From the NCBI GenBank assembly GCA_049570475.1, contig CP186953.1:672001-736000 (forward strand): a stretch of DNA of 64,000 nucleotides, read 5' to 3'. This stretch comes from Candidatus Methanosuratincola verstraetei. Its GTDB lineage: Archaea > Thermoproteota > Methanomethylicia > Methanomethylicales > Methanomethylicaceae. Below, in pieces: positions 40,911 to 50,264 of this stretch. Within the stretch, counting starts at the first letter, position 1. Each line of letters begins with the position of its first letter. The notes beneath the pieces are model-generated. The model was not told the origin of the DNA. It saw only the letters and a list, made by a program, of their open reading frames with translations, and ran no database searches. Both the position numbers and the translations under genes were made by a program.

Positions 40911-41759
40911 TTGGCTTCGCTTCACAAAGATCCGAACAAGAATCAGTCATCAAAACAATCAGAGGGCATTGAAAAGGGACGTTTTCGCAATTTGGAATTT
41001 TCCTTGAAAAAGAGGGCATATCAGGAATTACTTGCGTATTGCCAGAGAAAATCGCTGACCCTTGAAGATGGAGTTTCTTCATTAATAGAAAGAGGGATAG
41101 ACAATTACTGGCTCATGGCATACAAGTCCCTAAAGCATGATTTCATCATGTTGAAAGAAAATTTTGAGACCTACAAGAGAGACAATAAGCTGTTAACGGC
41201 AATCGAGGCTCAGAATGAAGAGCTCAAGTCACAGCTGCTCAAAAAAGGGATTCCCAACCAAGTTCTCGCAACCCCTTCCAAGAAGGAAAACACCAACAAA
41301 GCAGGAGAACTATCTGTTGCTAAAGAGCTTGCAGACAAAGAAGGAGAGAGTGAGGCTGCCAGGATGAGTTTAGCAGTGAGGGAAGAAACCGCTGCAAAGT
41401 TGAAGCAGTTCTTAATCGAGAAAGGGTTCTTTGTCACTGACGCTGTACCAGTTCTCATCGAATACGGGCTCGCATCCCAGGATGAATATGCGCTGATGGC
41501 GCTTAAGGAGGAAAGAGAGAAAGAGCTCCCAAAAATGGACGCTGAATATGCAGCGCTCCGATTCCGGGCGTACCAGTATTTCAAGGTGAACCAGACGATA
41601 ACGATCAGGCTGTATGTATTGCTCTCGGAGAATAGAAGACTTAAGGAGCTTTGCCAGCTGCATGGAATATGCATCGCGGCGCAGGATCCGTGGGATGACT
41701 GGGGTTCCGATAAAATAAACGAACTATACGGCAGGTACGTTTTTGTAAACAGGGTCTGA
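40911..41759 (+). CDS. Hypothetical protein with two internally similar modules
   Basis: 282-aa ORF; halves share the pattern LIE(R/Y)G ... NxxLK...GI. Confidence 0.6.
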   Translation: MASLHKDPNKNQSSKQSEGIEKGRFRNLEFSLKKRAYQELLAYCQRKSLTLEDGVSSLIERGIDNYWLMAYKSLKHDFIMLKENFETYKRDNKLLTAIEAQNEELKSQLLKKGIPNQVLATPSKKENTNKAGELSVAKELADKEGESEAARMSLAVREETAAKLKQFLIEKGFFVTDAVPVLIEYGLASQDEYALMALKEEREKELPKMDAEYAALRFRAYQYFKVNQTITIRLYVLLSENRRLKELCQLHGICIAAQDPWDDWGSDKINELYGRYVFVNRV

Positions 41760-41999
41760 TTTTTGGCAAAACGCCGTTGCGCAGAGCGGCAAGGACCCGG
41801 AATTTTTGCTTGCTAAGGTAAATTATGAAGATATAAAATGTGTCTGCCCTAGTTTATGAAAACTGAGACGCAGCAGAAAGAAGCAACTGGAGCATGACCC
41901 AGTTAAGAGCCGGGAAAATGCAAAAATACGGACAGCCATCAAAGGAACGCAGTCAAATCTGAGGGGCACGGGCTGGAAAGGCCTATGTCTCTAAAGGAA

Positions 42000-42605
42000 T
42001 TAAGCGTTTGGCGTCGTACCCTTTTTCAACAGGGACTTCAGCGCCTCGCGGTATTCCTTATGGAGCCTCCGGTATTCCTCATACTCCTCGTCTGACAGTG
42101 ACAACAGTCGGGCGTACTCCAAAATAGTCTGTTTTGTCATAAAGCCAGCGCTCTCAAGCTTCGAGACCTCCGAGTCATACTTTTCGGAGCCGCAACAATT
42201 CGCAAGCTTCGCCTGCAATTCGAAGAGCCTAGCCATCTTCGCTTGATCTTCCTCTATCTCGAATCCCAATTCCTTTAGCCCTTTGACAGCGGCTTGCAGT
42301 TCTTCAGCCGCGTATTTCTGCCCTAGGGAAGCTTCGCCCATATGGAACAGGAATGCCTCAGCGGCGGCCCGGTAGTAGCTCTCTATAAGGTGTTCCACCC
42401 GCTCTTCTCTTGCCACCTCCACAAGCCCAGCCTTAAGCAATTTCTTTATGTGATGGTAAACCGCTTGTGGCGTGAGACCAAGTTCTCCTGCGAGCTGGCT
42501 CACGGTCATCTCCTTCGCCCTTAGCATGTGGATTATCTTCCGTCTCGTGTCGTCTGCCATTAGCTGGAACGCTTCTGGATCGCTGACGGTCATTATCGAT
42601 TTCAT
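42000..42605 (-). CDS. ArsR-family winged-helix transcriptional regulator
   Basis: MADDTRRKIIHML...TVSQLA...AVYHHIKKLLKAGLV. ATG at 42605 preferred. Confidence 0.88.
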   Translation of the reverse strand: MKSIMTVSDPEAFQLMADDTRRKIIHMLRAKEMTVSQLAGELGLTPQAVYHHIKKLLKAGLVEVAREERVEHLIESYYRAAAEAFLFHMGEASLGQKYAAEELQAAVKGLKELGFEIEEDQAKMARLFELQAKLANCCGSEKYDSEVSKLESAGFMTKQTILEYARLLSLSDEEYEEYRRLHKEYREALKSLLKKGTTPNA

Positions 42606-42775
42606 GATAAACTTCCACGTTAAAATCGATGTCTGAGTTCCTATATAAGCGTTTTGCAATTAAGACGTATTACATGCTATGAAAACTATAATGTGGCAAT
42701 TCAAACCAAAAGTTTATAAGAATATGTATTTTTTAGTAGTAAAATAGAGATTTTAATATTGAGTGGAGTGGTTGA

Positions 42776-43000
42776 ATGATGCTCTGGTTGGAAAGGCTGA
42801 AAATTGGTGCCCATTGGGTTTCACGCTTGCAGTTCGGAACTGCCCTCGATATAGCGACCAGCAAGATGGATACTTCTGACAGAATGTATTGCCAGGCTTT
42901 TGGCGACGAACAATCAAAGGTGGCCTGGGAAATTGAGAAAATAAGAAACTGCCAAAACTGCTCGCTGGTCAAAGAACACGTGGTCAAGCAGGCAAAATAA
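42776..43000 (+). CDS. Small hypothetical protein with Cys motif (C...CxxC...H)
   Basis: GGAGTGG RBS, TATA-like TTTATA upstream, T-rich tract downstream; divergent from ArsR. Confidence 0.5.
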   Translation: MMLWLERLKIGAHWVSRLQFGTALDIATSKMDTSDRMYCQAFGDEQSKVAWEIEKIRNCQNCSLVKEHVVKQAK

Positions 43001-43101
43001 CCTGAAGGCTATGATTTTTTATTCAATTTTTTTTTAAATTTATAAAAAAACTATTTAATTATTTTTTAGCTTCTCAGCCCAGAACGAATGTTTTTGGCAA
43101 T

Positions 43102-43295
43102 TCATTTTTGCCTGATCTCGAAGACGCATCTCTTGTCGCCCTTCGCAATGCACTCGGTCTCTTCGACCTGGAAGGGCTTCCCGAATACCTCCGCGAAGAT
43201 CCCGGCGATCATCCCCCTCACCAGGGCTCCGTATGGCTGCCCGGTCACTTTTGCACCTTCGCACTCGAAGGAGTCGTGAACCGCAATCTTCCCGC
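43102..43295 (-). pseudogene. 3' fragment of a V4R-domain gene
   Basis: DSFEC...RGMIAG...VEETECIAKGDKRCVFEI is the V4R C-terminus; the N-terminal part is missing. Confidence 0.7.
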
Positions 43296-43349
43296 ATTTA
43301 ATGAATAAAAATGCAATAATGCACAAAATAAAGATCAATACTACGAGCA

Positions 43350-44267
43350 TTATCGACCCGTGAAAGGCAATGCTGGTTTCTGCTCTGCAGCCATATTTGC
43401 CTGGTAGACCTCGAACTCGCAGTAGCCCTTGTAGGCTTCCGTGAAAATCTCTACGTGCTTCAGCTTCACGTGGTCCAGCTTGTAGTAGTCCATCATCTGC
43501 TGGACATAAGGAACCAAGTTAATCGAGTAGTGCTTGTACTCGCCGGGCTTCAGGTTGTCTGCCAATTTGAACTGCGCCACCGAGTCATTGCGCCATGTAA
43601 AGTATGACACTCGGTTTGAGTACACGTTGTCGCCGTAGTAGCTGAAGAACTGGAGCTCGGTCTGGTAGCACTTCACTTGATAGTCTTCCTTATAGCCATC
43701 AAAGAACAACACGATAGCCACGTTGGTGCTCGAATTCCCCGGCTCATAGACCGTGTAATTGACCAGCTTCAGGTCTATGTCTAAGATCAGATCCCAAGTG
43801 GGCATGTTTCTTTTAACTTCAAATTCATCGTCCAGCAGTCCGTACCTGAGCCCCCAGTAGTGGGGCATCAGGCCGCGCGAAAGCTTTGACAGGCCCCACG
43901 AGCCGGAGGTGTCGTTTATCCACATCACGAACTTTCCGCTGGAGTTGTCGTAGTAGGACGCCCCAACCGCATCGCCGTTGAAGCCTCCCCAGGTCTCGTA
44001 GCAGACATTATCGGACCGCAGGCTGAAGACGGGGGAGTTTGCACATAAAAACCACAAGCAAAGCACTGCGATCAAAAAAAGGAGGCTCAAGACTTCGGCC
44101 CGATTTATGCCCGCAGCATTTACTTCTTTATGCCCCACACTGTTGCGTAGAGCCTTGTTGAGGCCCGCATTGAAGGGGAACGAGCATTGGCGAACATCCC
44201 CTGTCCTTTGGAAATGCATTAGTTTCCGACCGAACATAAGCTTTGTAATTAAAATGGCTTTGATCAT
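43350..44267 (-). CDS. Secreted/membrane-anchored beta-rich hypothetical protein
   Basis: Hydrophobic VLSLLFLIAVLCLWFLCA segment followed by an aromatic/Asn-rich domain with sequons. True start probably near 44140. Confidence 0.6.
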   Translation of the reverse strand: MIKAILITKLMFGRKLMHFQRTGDVRQCSFPFNAGLNKALRNSVGHKEVNAAGINRAEVLSLLFLIAVLCLWFLCANSPVFSLRSDNVCYETWGGFNGDAVGASYYDNSSGKFVMWINDTSGSWGLSKLSRGLMPHYWGLRYGLLDDEFEVKRNMPTWDLILDIDLKLVNYTVYEPGNSSTNVAIVLFFDGYKEDYQVKCYQTELQFFSYYGDNVYSNRVSYFTWRNDSVAQFKLADNLKPGEYKHYSINLVPYVQQMMDYYKLDHVKLKHVEIFTEAYKGYCEFEVYQANMAAEQKPALPFTGR

Positions 44268-44387
44268 CTTAAATCAATAACTCCGAGAGTTTATTCAAGC
44301 CGAAATCGATGACTTCGTAACTTCCGTTATGGTTCATTTCGCAAATGTAACGTCTTCAGGATAAATTTGCTTTTTGATCGATTTTGG

Positions 44388-44405
44388 TGGCGGGCCCGCT
44401 GGGAT
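44388..44405 (-). repeat. Duplicated 3' end of tRNA-Arg(TCG), att-like
   Basis: TGGCGGGCCCGCTGGGAT is identical to 46274-46291. Confidence 0.8.
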
Positions 44406-44731
44406 CGATTCAGTCATCCATGCCCCCCCGCCTGAGCCCTGGATGCCCTTCAAGACGCTTCATGGGATGCGTCTTGGACAGTTTACTGGGACGGCACTGA
44501 AGGCGACAAGTGCCCATTCCAGGAGCCCACGCTTGCCTGCTCTGAGTCGCGATGTTTTAGACCGGAGCGAGCCATATCCAGCTTCTAAAACCGGTGGACT
44601 GGATAGAGGCTCGGACGATTCACGGTCCTGGTGAATTTGCCTACAAGCCGCACTGCGAGCACCCCCCCATCCAGACCTTGGAACGCCAGCATTTGAAACT
44701 TCTACAGACAGGCACCTCCCAAAGGTCCGGC

Positions 44732-45934
44732 TTACCCTGGCTCGGTATACTCTTTATGTAATTTGTTTGCCCAGCCAAGAGCCGAAATGGCGCATGCTTG
44801 CAGCAGCAATGCAAACCCAACTATCACAGTCGCCGGATACCCGTTGTCCATGAAGAAGCCGAAGATAACGCCGCTTGCAAGCGTTCCCAAGCCTAGGACA
44901 GTGTTGAAAATGCCGTAGGCTGTGCCCCTTTTCTGAAGAGGGACGAACTCGCTTACCGCAGCACGGTAGACAGACTCCTGCACGCCCAGCACAAGACCGA
45001 ACGCCACGCAGGAAGCAATAACCCCAGCCAAAACTCCGAAAGAGATGGAGAGGGCGGGAAACACGGACACGGCAAACGGAATGACCAGAATCTTAAAGCC
45101 CATCTTGTCAAACAAATGACCGGACAAAAGTGCCATGGGCGCGTCCACTGCTTGCACTATGACATAGAGGAGGGGCACCACCCACGCTTGACCTAAGGGC
45201 TGAAGAAGCGCAGAGCCAACGAATAGGATCAGGGCAATTGGCATAAGCCCCAACGTGTTGAGGAAAACCGCTATGCAATATGCCCAAAAGCCGCCGCGTC
45301 TGAACGGGGCTTCCTCTTTTTTATTCTCAACTTCCGCCGCAACGCCCTTGCCCACTTTTTTATAGGCGTAAATCAGTACCACCATCATCAGAGCGAACGG
45401 GATCAGCAACATTCCAAATGCGGCAGGGTAGCTGTTTGCGGTGAAAAACAATACGCTGCCTAATAATAATGGGCCGATTATGGCGCCTATTTGGTCAATG
45501 GCCTCGTGGAGTCCGAAGGCTTTCCCCGAGCCGATGTTTTTGCTGATCACGGAGACAACGGTATCCCGCGACGGCGACCTTAACGCCTTTCCTAACCGCT
45601 CCAAGAGAAGCAGCAGGATCGCTAGCCCGAGGCTGGACGTGAAGCCCATTAGCGGTATGGCAAGTATCAGCCCGTAACCGACAAAAATGAATGACCAGTA
45701 GGCATTGCTTCTGTCGGATAGGCTCCCGCTGACGAGCCTGACGCTATATCCCAGGAATTCCCCTGCTCCGCTCACTGTGCCCACGAGGAGTGCTGAGGCG
45801 CCGAGAAACATGAGGTAGTCGGGTGCGATCCCCCTTCCCGACTCATAGACAATGTCACCCAGCATGCTCACGACGCCCATCATAAGGATGGCAACGTAAG
45901 CGGTTCTCTTCGAAATCTTCTGTGCTTCGCTCAT
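44732..45934 (-). CDS. MFS transporter
   Basis: 12 TM helices; SGSLSDRS, ERLGKALRSPSRD and GKAFGLHEAIDQIGA. Confidence 0.92.
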   Translation of the reverse strand: MSEAQKISKRTAYVAILMMGVVSMLGDIVYESGRGIAPDYLMFLGASALLVGTVSGAGEFLGYSVRLVSGSLSDRSNAYWSFIFVGYGLILAIPLMGFTSSLGLAILLLLLERLGKALRSPSRDTVVSVISKNIGSGKAFGLHEAIDQIGAIIGPLLLGSVLFFTANSYPAAFGMLLIPFALMMVVLIYAYKKVGKGVAAEVENKKEEAPFRRGGFWAYCIAVFLNTLGLMPIALILFVGSALLQPLGQAWVVPLLYVIVQAVDAPMALLSGHLFDKMGFKILVIPFAVSVFPALSISFGVLAGVIASCVAFGLVLGVQESVYRAAVSEFVPLQKRGTAYGIFNTVLGLGTLASGVIFGFFMDNGYPATVIVGFALLLQACAISALGWANKLHKEYTEPG

Positions 45935-46167
45935 GGTCGGTCTTCCTTTTTTCCAATGACTGCTCTAAACATATTATGTTCTCTTAAGCGTTATTGACTT
46001 GAAAAGGCATCAAGATGCTTTGATCACAGGAGCATTCAGGGGTGAGCGCCTGACGACGGGCACGGGGGCAACGCCCCCATCCAGCCTCAAATGTGGCGCA
46101 GGATCCAAGCCGACCCGACTTCGGCCTGAGCCTCAAGTCCACCGTGCAGGACCTGGAAAACTCCTCG

Positions 46168-46205
46168 ATCTGTACGGTACACTCAGCGCCCATCTGTACG
46201 GTACA
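46168..46205. repeat. Two 14-bp direct repeats, each with the palindrome TGTAC-G-GTACA
   Basis: ATCTGTACGGTACA at 46168-46181 and 46192-46205. Confidence 0.8.
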
Positions 46206-46273
46206 GGTTTCACGCTCATGTAAAAAACTTTTTTCTTGGTGAAGCTTTTTTTCTTCAAGGAAAGAAGGTTCGA

Positions 46274-46352
46274 TGGCGGGCCCGCTGGGATTCGAACCCA
46301 GGTCCTGTGGCTCCGAAGGCCACCGCCATGATCCGGACTAGGCCACGGGCCC
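46274..46352 (-). tRNA. tRNA-Arg(TCG)
   Basis: Full cloverleaf GGGCCCG...GTGGC-CTTCGGA-GCCAC...TTCGAAT...CGGGCCCG-CCA. Confidence 0.95.
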
Positions 46353-46525
46353 CCTTTAGGGTTTAAACCGGGGTAGAATTAAGGGTTACGGGGTCCGATG
46401 GAAATCTGCTATCGCCCAGAATGACAGGTTGTGTTCAGAACAGGAGAAATTACATAGGAAAGGGATGAGACGCGGATACCTGCATAACAATGGCACACGC
46501 GATTAAGGGCAACCCCGCAAATTAA

Positions 46526-46740
46526 CGATGCGCCTCTGCCGAGATTATTCACAATATTTCATCAATCAACGCGGCTATCAGCGGTAATCCCATTTTTGCC
46601 CGCTCATTTCGAGCTAACACCAATTGCAAAAGCGCCAAAGAGATCTTCTGCGTGCAATGGGGCGCAAAGAGTCCAAAGGGTGCAATTCACTGTTACAAAT
46701 GCGGTGCAACCATGTTCAAGGAAGGGGACGGCTCCGAGCA
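46526..46740 (+). pseudogene. Decayed gene with double zinc-ribbon remnant
   Basis: Frame reads FCVQWGAKSPKGAIHCYKCGA (CxxC...CxxC with one Cys replaced by Trp); in-frame stops upstream and no start codon. Confidence 0.5.
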
Positions 46741-46912
46741 TCCTCCTCTAATTTTTTGTTTGTCTCTCTGTTTGTATCCGTTTGTTTGTTTTATTGATTG
46801 TTTCTTTCGTTTGTGAGTGAGGTTGAGCGTGTTTGGGTTTTGGTTTTAATTTGGGTTTGGGAACAAAATTTAATATTGACTGCCCCTTTCTCTTATCAAA
46901 GAAGGTGCATTA

Positions 46913-47212
46913 ATGTCGGATAGAGAAGCCCCCTCACGCAGCCTAATGTTGCCATCGGAGGGGGAACTGGTAGGGGTCGTCACCCAGCTGCTGGGTTTCG
47001 ACAGGGTTAAGGTAAAGTGCTCAGACGGTAAGACAAGGATCTGCAGGATCCCTGGGAAGATGAAGAAGAAGATCTGGCTCAGGCTCAACGACATTGTTTT
47101 GGTCGCCCCATGGGACTTCCAGTCAGACCAGAAGGGGGACATAGTCTGGAGGTACGACAGGGGCGACATGAGGGAGCTGAAGGCCAGGGGATATCTGGAC
47201 ATGCTCGTCTGA
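46913..47212 (+). CDS. eif1a: Translation initiation factor aIF-1A
   Basis: LLGFDRVKVKCSDGKTRICRIPGKMKKKIW...DIVWRY. Confidence 0.96.
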   Translation: MSDREAPSRSLMLPSEGELVGVVTQLLGFDRVKVKCSDGKTRICRIPGKMKKKIWLRLNDIVLVAPWDFQSDQKGDIVWRYDRGDMRELKARGYLDMLV

Positions 47213-47286
47213 CATGCCCCTGAAGCCCTTAGAAAGCCTTTTATCATTATCGCCATCAATTATCTAATGGTTTTTAGGCGATATTT

Positions 47287-48069
47287 TTGGGCGAGGACCA
47301 CGATGCACTTGCGAGAAGAGAGGAGCTCAGGGTAGACCGGATCAGGTCGAAGAGGACTAAGGACGAGGACCTCTTCAAGACGGTCGAGGAGGTCTTCGAC
47401 GTAAAGACCGTGATGGCACTTTACCAGATGATAAACAACGGTCCGATCGACAGGGTCTTCGGCGCAGTCAAGGCAGGGAAGGAGTCAAGGATCTATTGGG
47501 CCAAGGGCAAGTCGGGCGAAGACCTTGCTGTGAAGATATACCTGACGTCGTCGATGGAGTTCAAGAAGTCCATAAGGCAGTACATCCAAGGCGACCCGAG
47601 GTTCAAGGACAGCAAGGACTACAGGAAGCTGATCTACACCTGGGCCCAGAAGGAGTTCAAGAACCTGTCCCAAGCCTACGTCGCGGGGGTGAGGGTCCCC
47701 AAACCCATCCATGTATCCCAGAACATACTCGTGATGGAGTTCATCGGGAAGGGGGGCGAGCCAGCGCCGATACTGAAGAACCTCAGTGGCGACGAAATCA
47801 GTAGCCAGATATACGAGGACACTATGGGGATGCTCGACAGGCTTTACAGGGACGCGGGGCTCGTGCATGCGGACCTCAGCGAGTACAACATCATGGTCCA
47901 CGAAGGGAAGGTATACTTCATCGACCTGGGCCAGGCGGTGCTGAAGACGCACCCAATGGCAGAAGCCTTCCTGAGCAGGGACGTTGGAAATCTTATAAGA
48001 TTCTTTGAGAAGAAGGGTCTGAATCCACCTGACCCGGAGAGTGTCATAAAATGGCTGAAACGGCAATGA
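47287..48069 (+). CDS. rio1: RIO1-family Ser/Thr kinase
   Basis: GKES, AVKIY, LVHADLSEYNI and IDLGQ. Confidence 0.93.
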   Translation: MGEDHDALARREELRVDRIRSKRTKDEDLFKTVEEVFDVKTVMALYQMINNGPIDRVFGAVKAGKESRIYWAKGKSGEDLAVKIYLTSSMEFKKSIRQYIQGDPRFKDSKDYRKLIYTWAQKEFKNLSQAYVAGVRVPKPIHVSQNILVMEFIGKGGEPAPILKNLSGDEISSQIYEDTMGMLDRLYRDAGLVHADLSEYNIMVHEGKVYFIDLGQAVLKTHPMAEAFLSRDVGNLIRFFEKKGLNPPDPESVIKWLKRQ

Positions 48070-48704
48070 GCAGGATATACATGAAGATACCCGTCGAGAG
48101 GACAGGGGTCCTCATAGGGGAGAGCGGCGGGACGAAGGCAGAGGTTGAGAGGGGCACGGGCACGAAGATCACCGTGGACGGGAAGAGCGGCGAAGTGGTG
48201 ATCGAGGCAGAGGCGGGCAAGGGCGACCCCTCCGGGATCCTCAAGGCCAGGGACATAATCACAGCGATCGGCAGGGGCTTCAGCCCGCAGCGCGCTTTCA
48301 GGCTCTTCACGGACGGGCAGATCATCGAGGTCATCGATCTTAAGGAGGCCCTCGGGGACTCGAGGAACCAGCTCCTCAGGGTCAAGGGGAGGATAATAGG
48401 CGAGAACGGCAAGACCAGGAGGATCATAGAGAAGCTCACGGGCACCGCTGTCTCCGTCTACGGCCACACCGTCTCTGTGATTGGGGAGTACGACGAGATA
48501 CTCGTGGCGAAGGAGGCGATAGCAATGCTCGTGAAGGGCGCCATGCACGGTGCGGTCTATAAGTACCTGAACAGCGCACACCTAGAGCTCAAGAAGAGGA
48601 GGCTCTCGCTCTGGGAGGAGAGGCCTGAGCTGAAGGGGGGGCTCAGGAAGGGGGAAGGCGAGACCGCGGAAGGGGATCAGGAAGGGGCAGAAGGAGAAGG
48701 TTGA
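48066..48704 (+). CDS. KH-domain rRNA-processing protein (Dim2/Pno1-like)
   Basis: GVLIG, AIGRGFSP and KGRIIGENGKTR; ATGA overlap with rio1. Confidence 0.9.
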   Translation: MSRIYMKIPVERTGVLIGESGGTKAEVERGTGTKITVDGKSGEVVIEAEAGKGDPSGILKARDIITAIGRGFSPQRAFRLFTDGQIIEVIDLKEALGDSRNQLLRVKGRIIGENGKTRRIIEKLTGTAVSVYGHTVSVIGEYDEILVAKEAIAMLVKGAMHGAVYKYLNSAHLELKKRRLSLWEERPELKGGLRKGEGETAEGDQEGAEGEG

Positions 48705-48719
48705 AAGGGAGGCTGAGGG

Positions 48720-50264
48720 GTGTCTAGGGAGAAGTTCCAGTCAATCTCTGCGGCTGATTTCTTCTACAGGAACAGGGAGATAGCTGGCTTCGACAACCCC
48801 GTCAGGGCGACCTACACGATAATCAGGGAGCTCGTCGAGAACGCGCTGGACGCCTGCGAGCAGTACAGCATCCCGCCTGACGTGAGGACCAAGCTGATCG
48901 ACGAAGGGAATTCCATCTACAGGATAAGGGTTGAGGACAATGGCATCGGCGTGCCCTACGACCAGGTCCCGTACGCCTTCGGGCAGATCCTCTTCGGCTC
49001 GAAGTACACGCTCAGGCAGAGCAGGGGCATCTTCGGTCTCGGGGGCAAGATGGCTGTCCTCTACGGGCAGATAACCGCCCACAGCTCGGTCAAGGTCCTG
49101 TCCAGCACAGGGGGGTTCGAGAAGTACTTCTACGAGCTCAACATAAACGTCCAAGAGAACAAGCCGATCATAAGGAGAAAGGAAGTGACCCCCAACCCCG
49201 GCAGGTGGCGCGGCACAATAATAGAGTTCAGCTTCGAGGGCGACTACATAAGGGCCAAGCCGAAGGTAGTCGAGTACTTCCGGCAGACATCGATCCTCCT
49301 CCCCTACGCGAACATCCTCTTCATCGACCCGGACGGCACGCTCTACAGGTTCGACAAGATAACGGATGAGATGCCGAAGCCCGCGGAGACGGTCAAGCCC
49401 CACCCGTACGGCGTCGACCTCGAGATCGTCCACAGGATGATAAACGCGACGAGGAGCAGCACGATGGTCGACTTCCTCGTGAACAACTTCCACAGGGTTG
49501 GGGCAGCCACTGCGATGAACTTCCTCAAGGAGGCGAAGATAAGCCAGAACGCCAACCCTAGGACTCTGGACTCGAAGGACCTCCTCAGGCTAGTCAACAA
49601 GATGAAGGAGTACGACGGCTTCCAGCCGCCTGATGCCCAGTGCCTCTCCCCGATAGGAGAGGAGCTCCTGAAGAAGGGCATCATCAGGGAGTTCAGACCG
49701 GAGTACGTGGCGGTCACCCAGAGGGGGGCCTCGGCATACGCGGGGTACCCGTTCATAGTCGAGGCGGCGATAGCGTACGGAGGGGACATCCCGATAACCC
49801 CGCAGGACGAGATGCTCGTCTTCAGGTTCGCGAACAAGATCCCGCTCCTCTACGACCTCCACAGCGACGTGACGATGAAGGTAATCAAGAAGATCAACTG
49901 GCAGAGGTACAGGCTGGACCTCAGCTCGATGCCCCTGGCATTCTTCGTGCACATATGCGCGACGAAGGTGCCCTACAAGACGGTTGGGAAAGAGTATATA
50001 GCGGACAGGCCGGAGGTCGAGTACGAGATCGAGTGGGCGCTCAAGACTTGCGCGAGGGACGTCAGGAACCACCTCGCCAAGAAGGAGAAGGCGGACATCG
50101 TCCAGCGGAGGCTCTCTGTCTTCGAGAAGTACCTGCCGATGATAGCCCAGTTCTCGACTGAGCTGGCAGGGAATGGAAAGCCCCCGGACTACGAGAAGGT
50201 GCTGAGGAGGGTGCAGGCACATGCTAAGGAAGTCGAACAGAGAAGTCTTGTCGAAGCTGAGTGA
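48720..50264 (+). CDS. top6B: DNA topoisomerase VI subunit B
   Basis: ELVENALDA, DNGIG, QSRGIFGLG and RFANKIPLLY. Confidence 0.97.
   Translation: MSREKFQSISAADFFYRNREIAGFDNPVRATYTIIRELVENALDACEQYSIPPDVRTKLIDEGNSIYRIRVEDNGIGVPYDQVPYAFGQILFGSKYTLRQSRGIFGLGGKMAVLYGQITAHSSVKVLSSTGGFEKYFYELNINVQENKPIIRRKEVTPNPGRWRGTIIEFSFEGDYIRAKPKVVEYFRQTSILLPYANILFIDPDGTLYRFDKITDEMPKPAETVKPHPYGVDLEIVHRMINATRSSTMVDFLVNNFHRVGAATAMNFLKEAKISQNANPRTLDSKDLLRLVNKMKEYDGFQPPDAQCLSPIGEELLKKGIIREFRPEYVAVTQRGASAYAGYPFIVEAAIAYGGDIPITPQDEMLVFRFANKIPLLYDLHSDVTMKVIKKINWQRYRLDLSSMPLAFFVHICATKVPYKTVGKEYIADRPEVEYEIEWALKTCARDVRNHLAKKEKADIVQRRLSVFEKYLPMIAQFSTELAGNGKPPDYEKVLRRVQAHAKEVEQRSLVEAE

Larger units (their letters stand above)
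44388..46291. mobile_element. tRNA-Arg-anchored mini-island remnant (no integrase)
   Basis: 18-bp direct repeats of the tRNA 3' end flank an MFS gene. Confidence 0.55.

Noticed and set aside
44554-44591. CRISPR repeat or tracrRNA (GTTTTAGA)
   Set aside because: A single 8-mer; no repeat-spacer array or cas genes anywhere in the window.
44374-44634. Split SSV-type integrase fragment spanning the att site
   Set aside because: GGPAG merely reflects the antisense tRNA sequence; no tyrosine-recombinase motifs on either side.
46360-46900. Replication origin
   Set aside because: Only one weak ORB-like word (TCCGATGGAAAT near 46394), no repeated ORBs and no adjacent cdc6/orc1.
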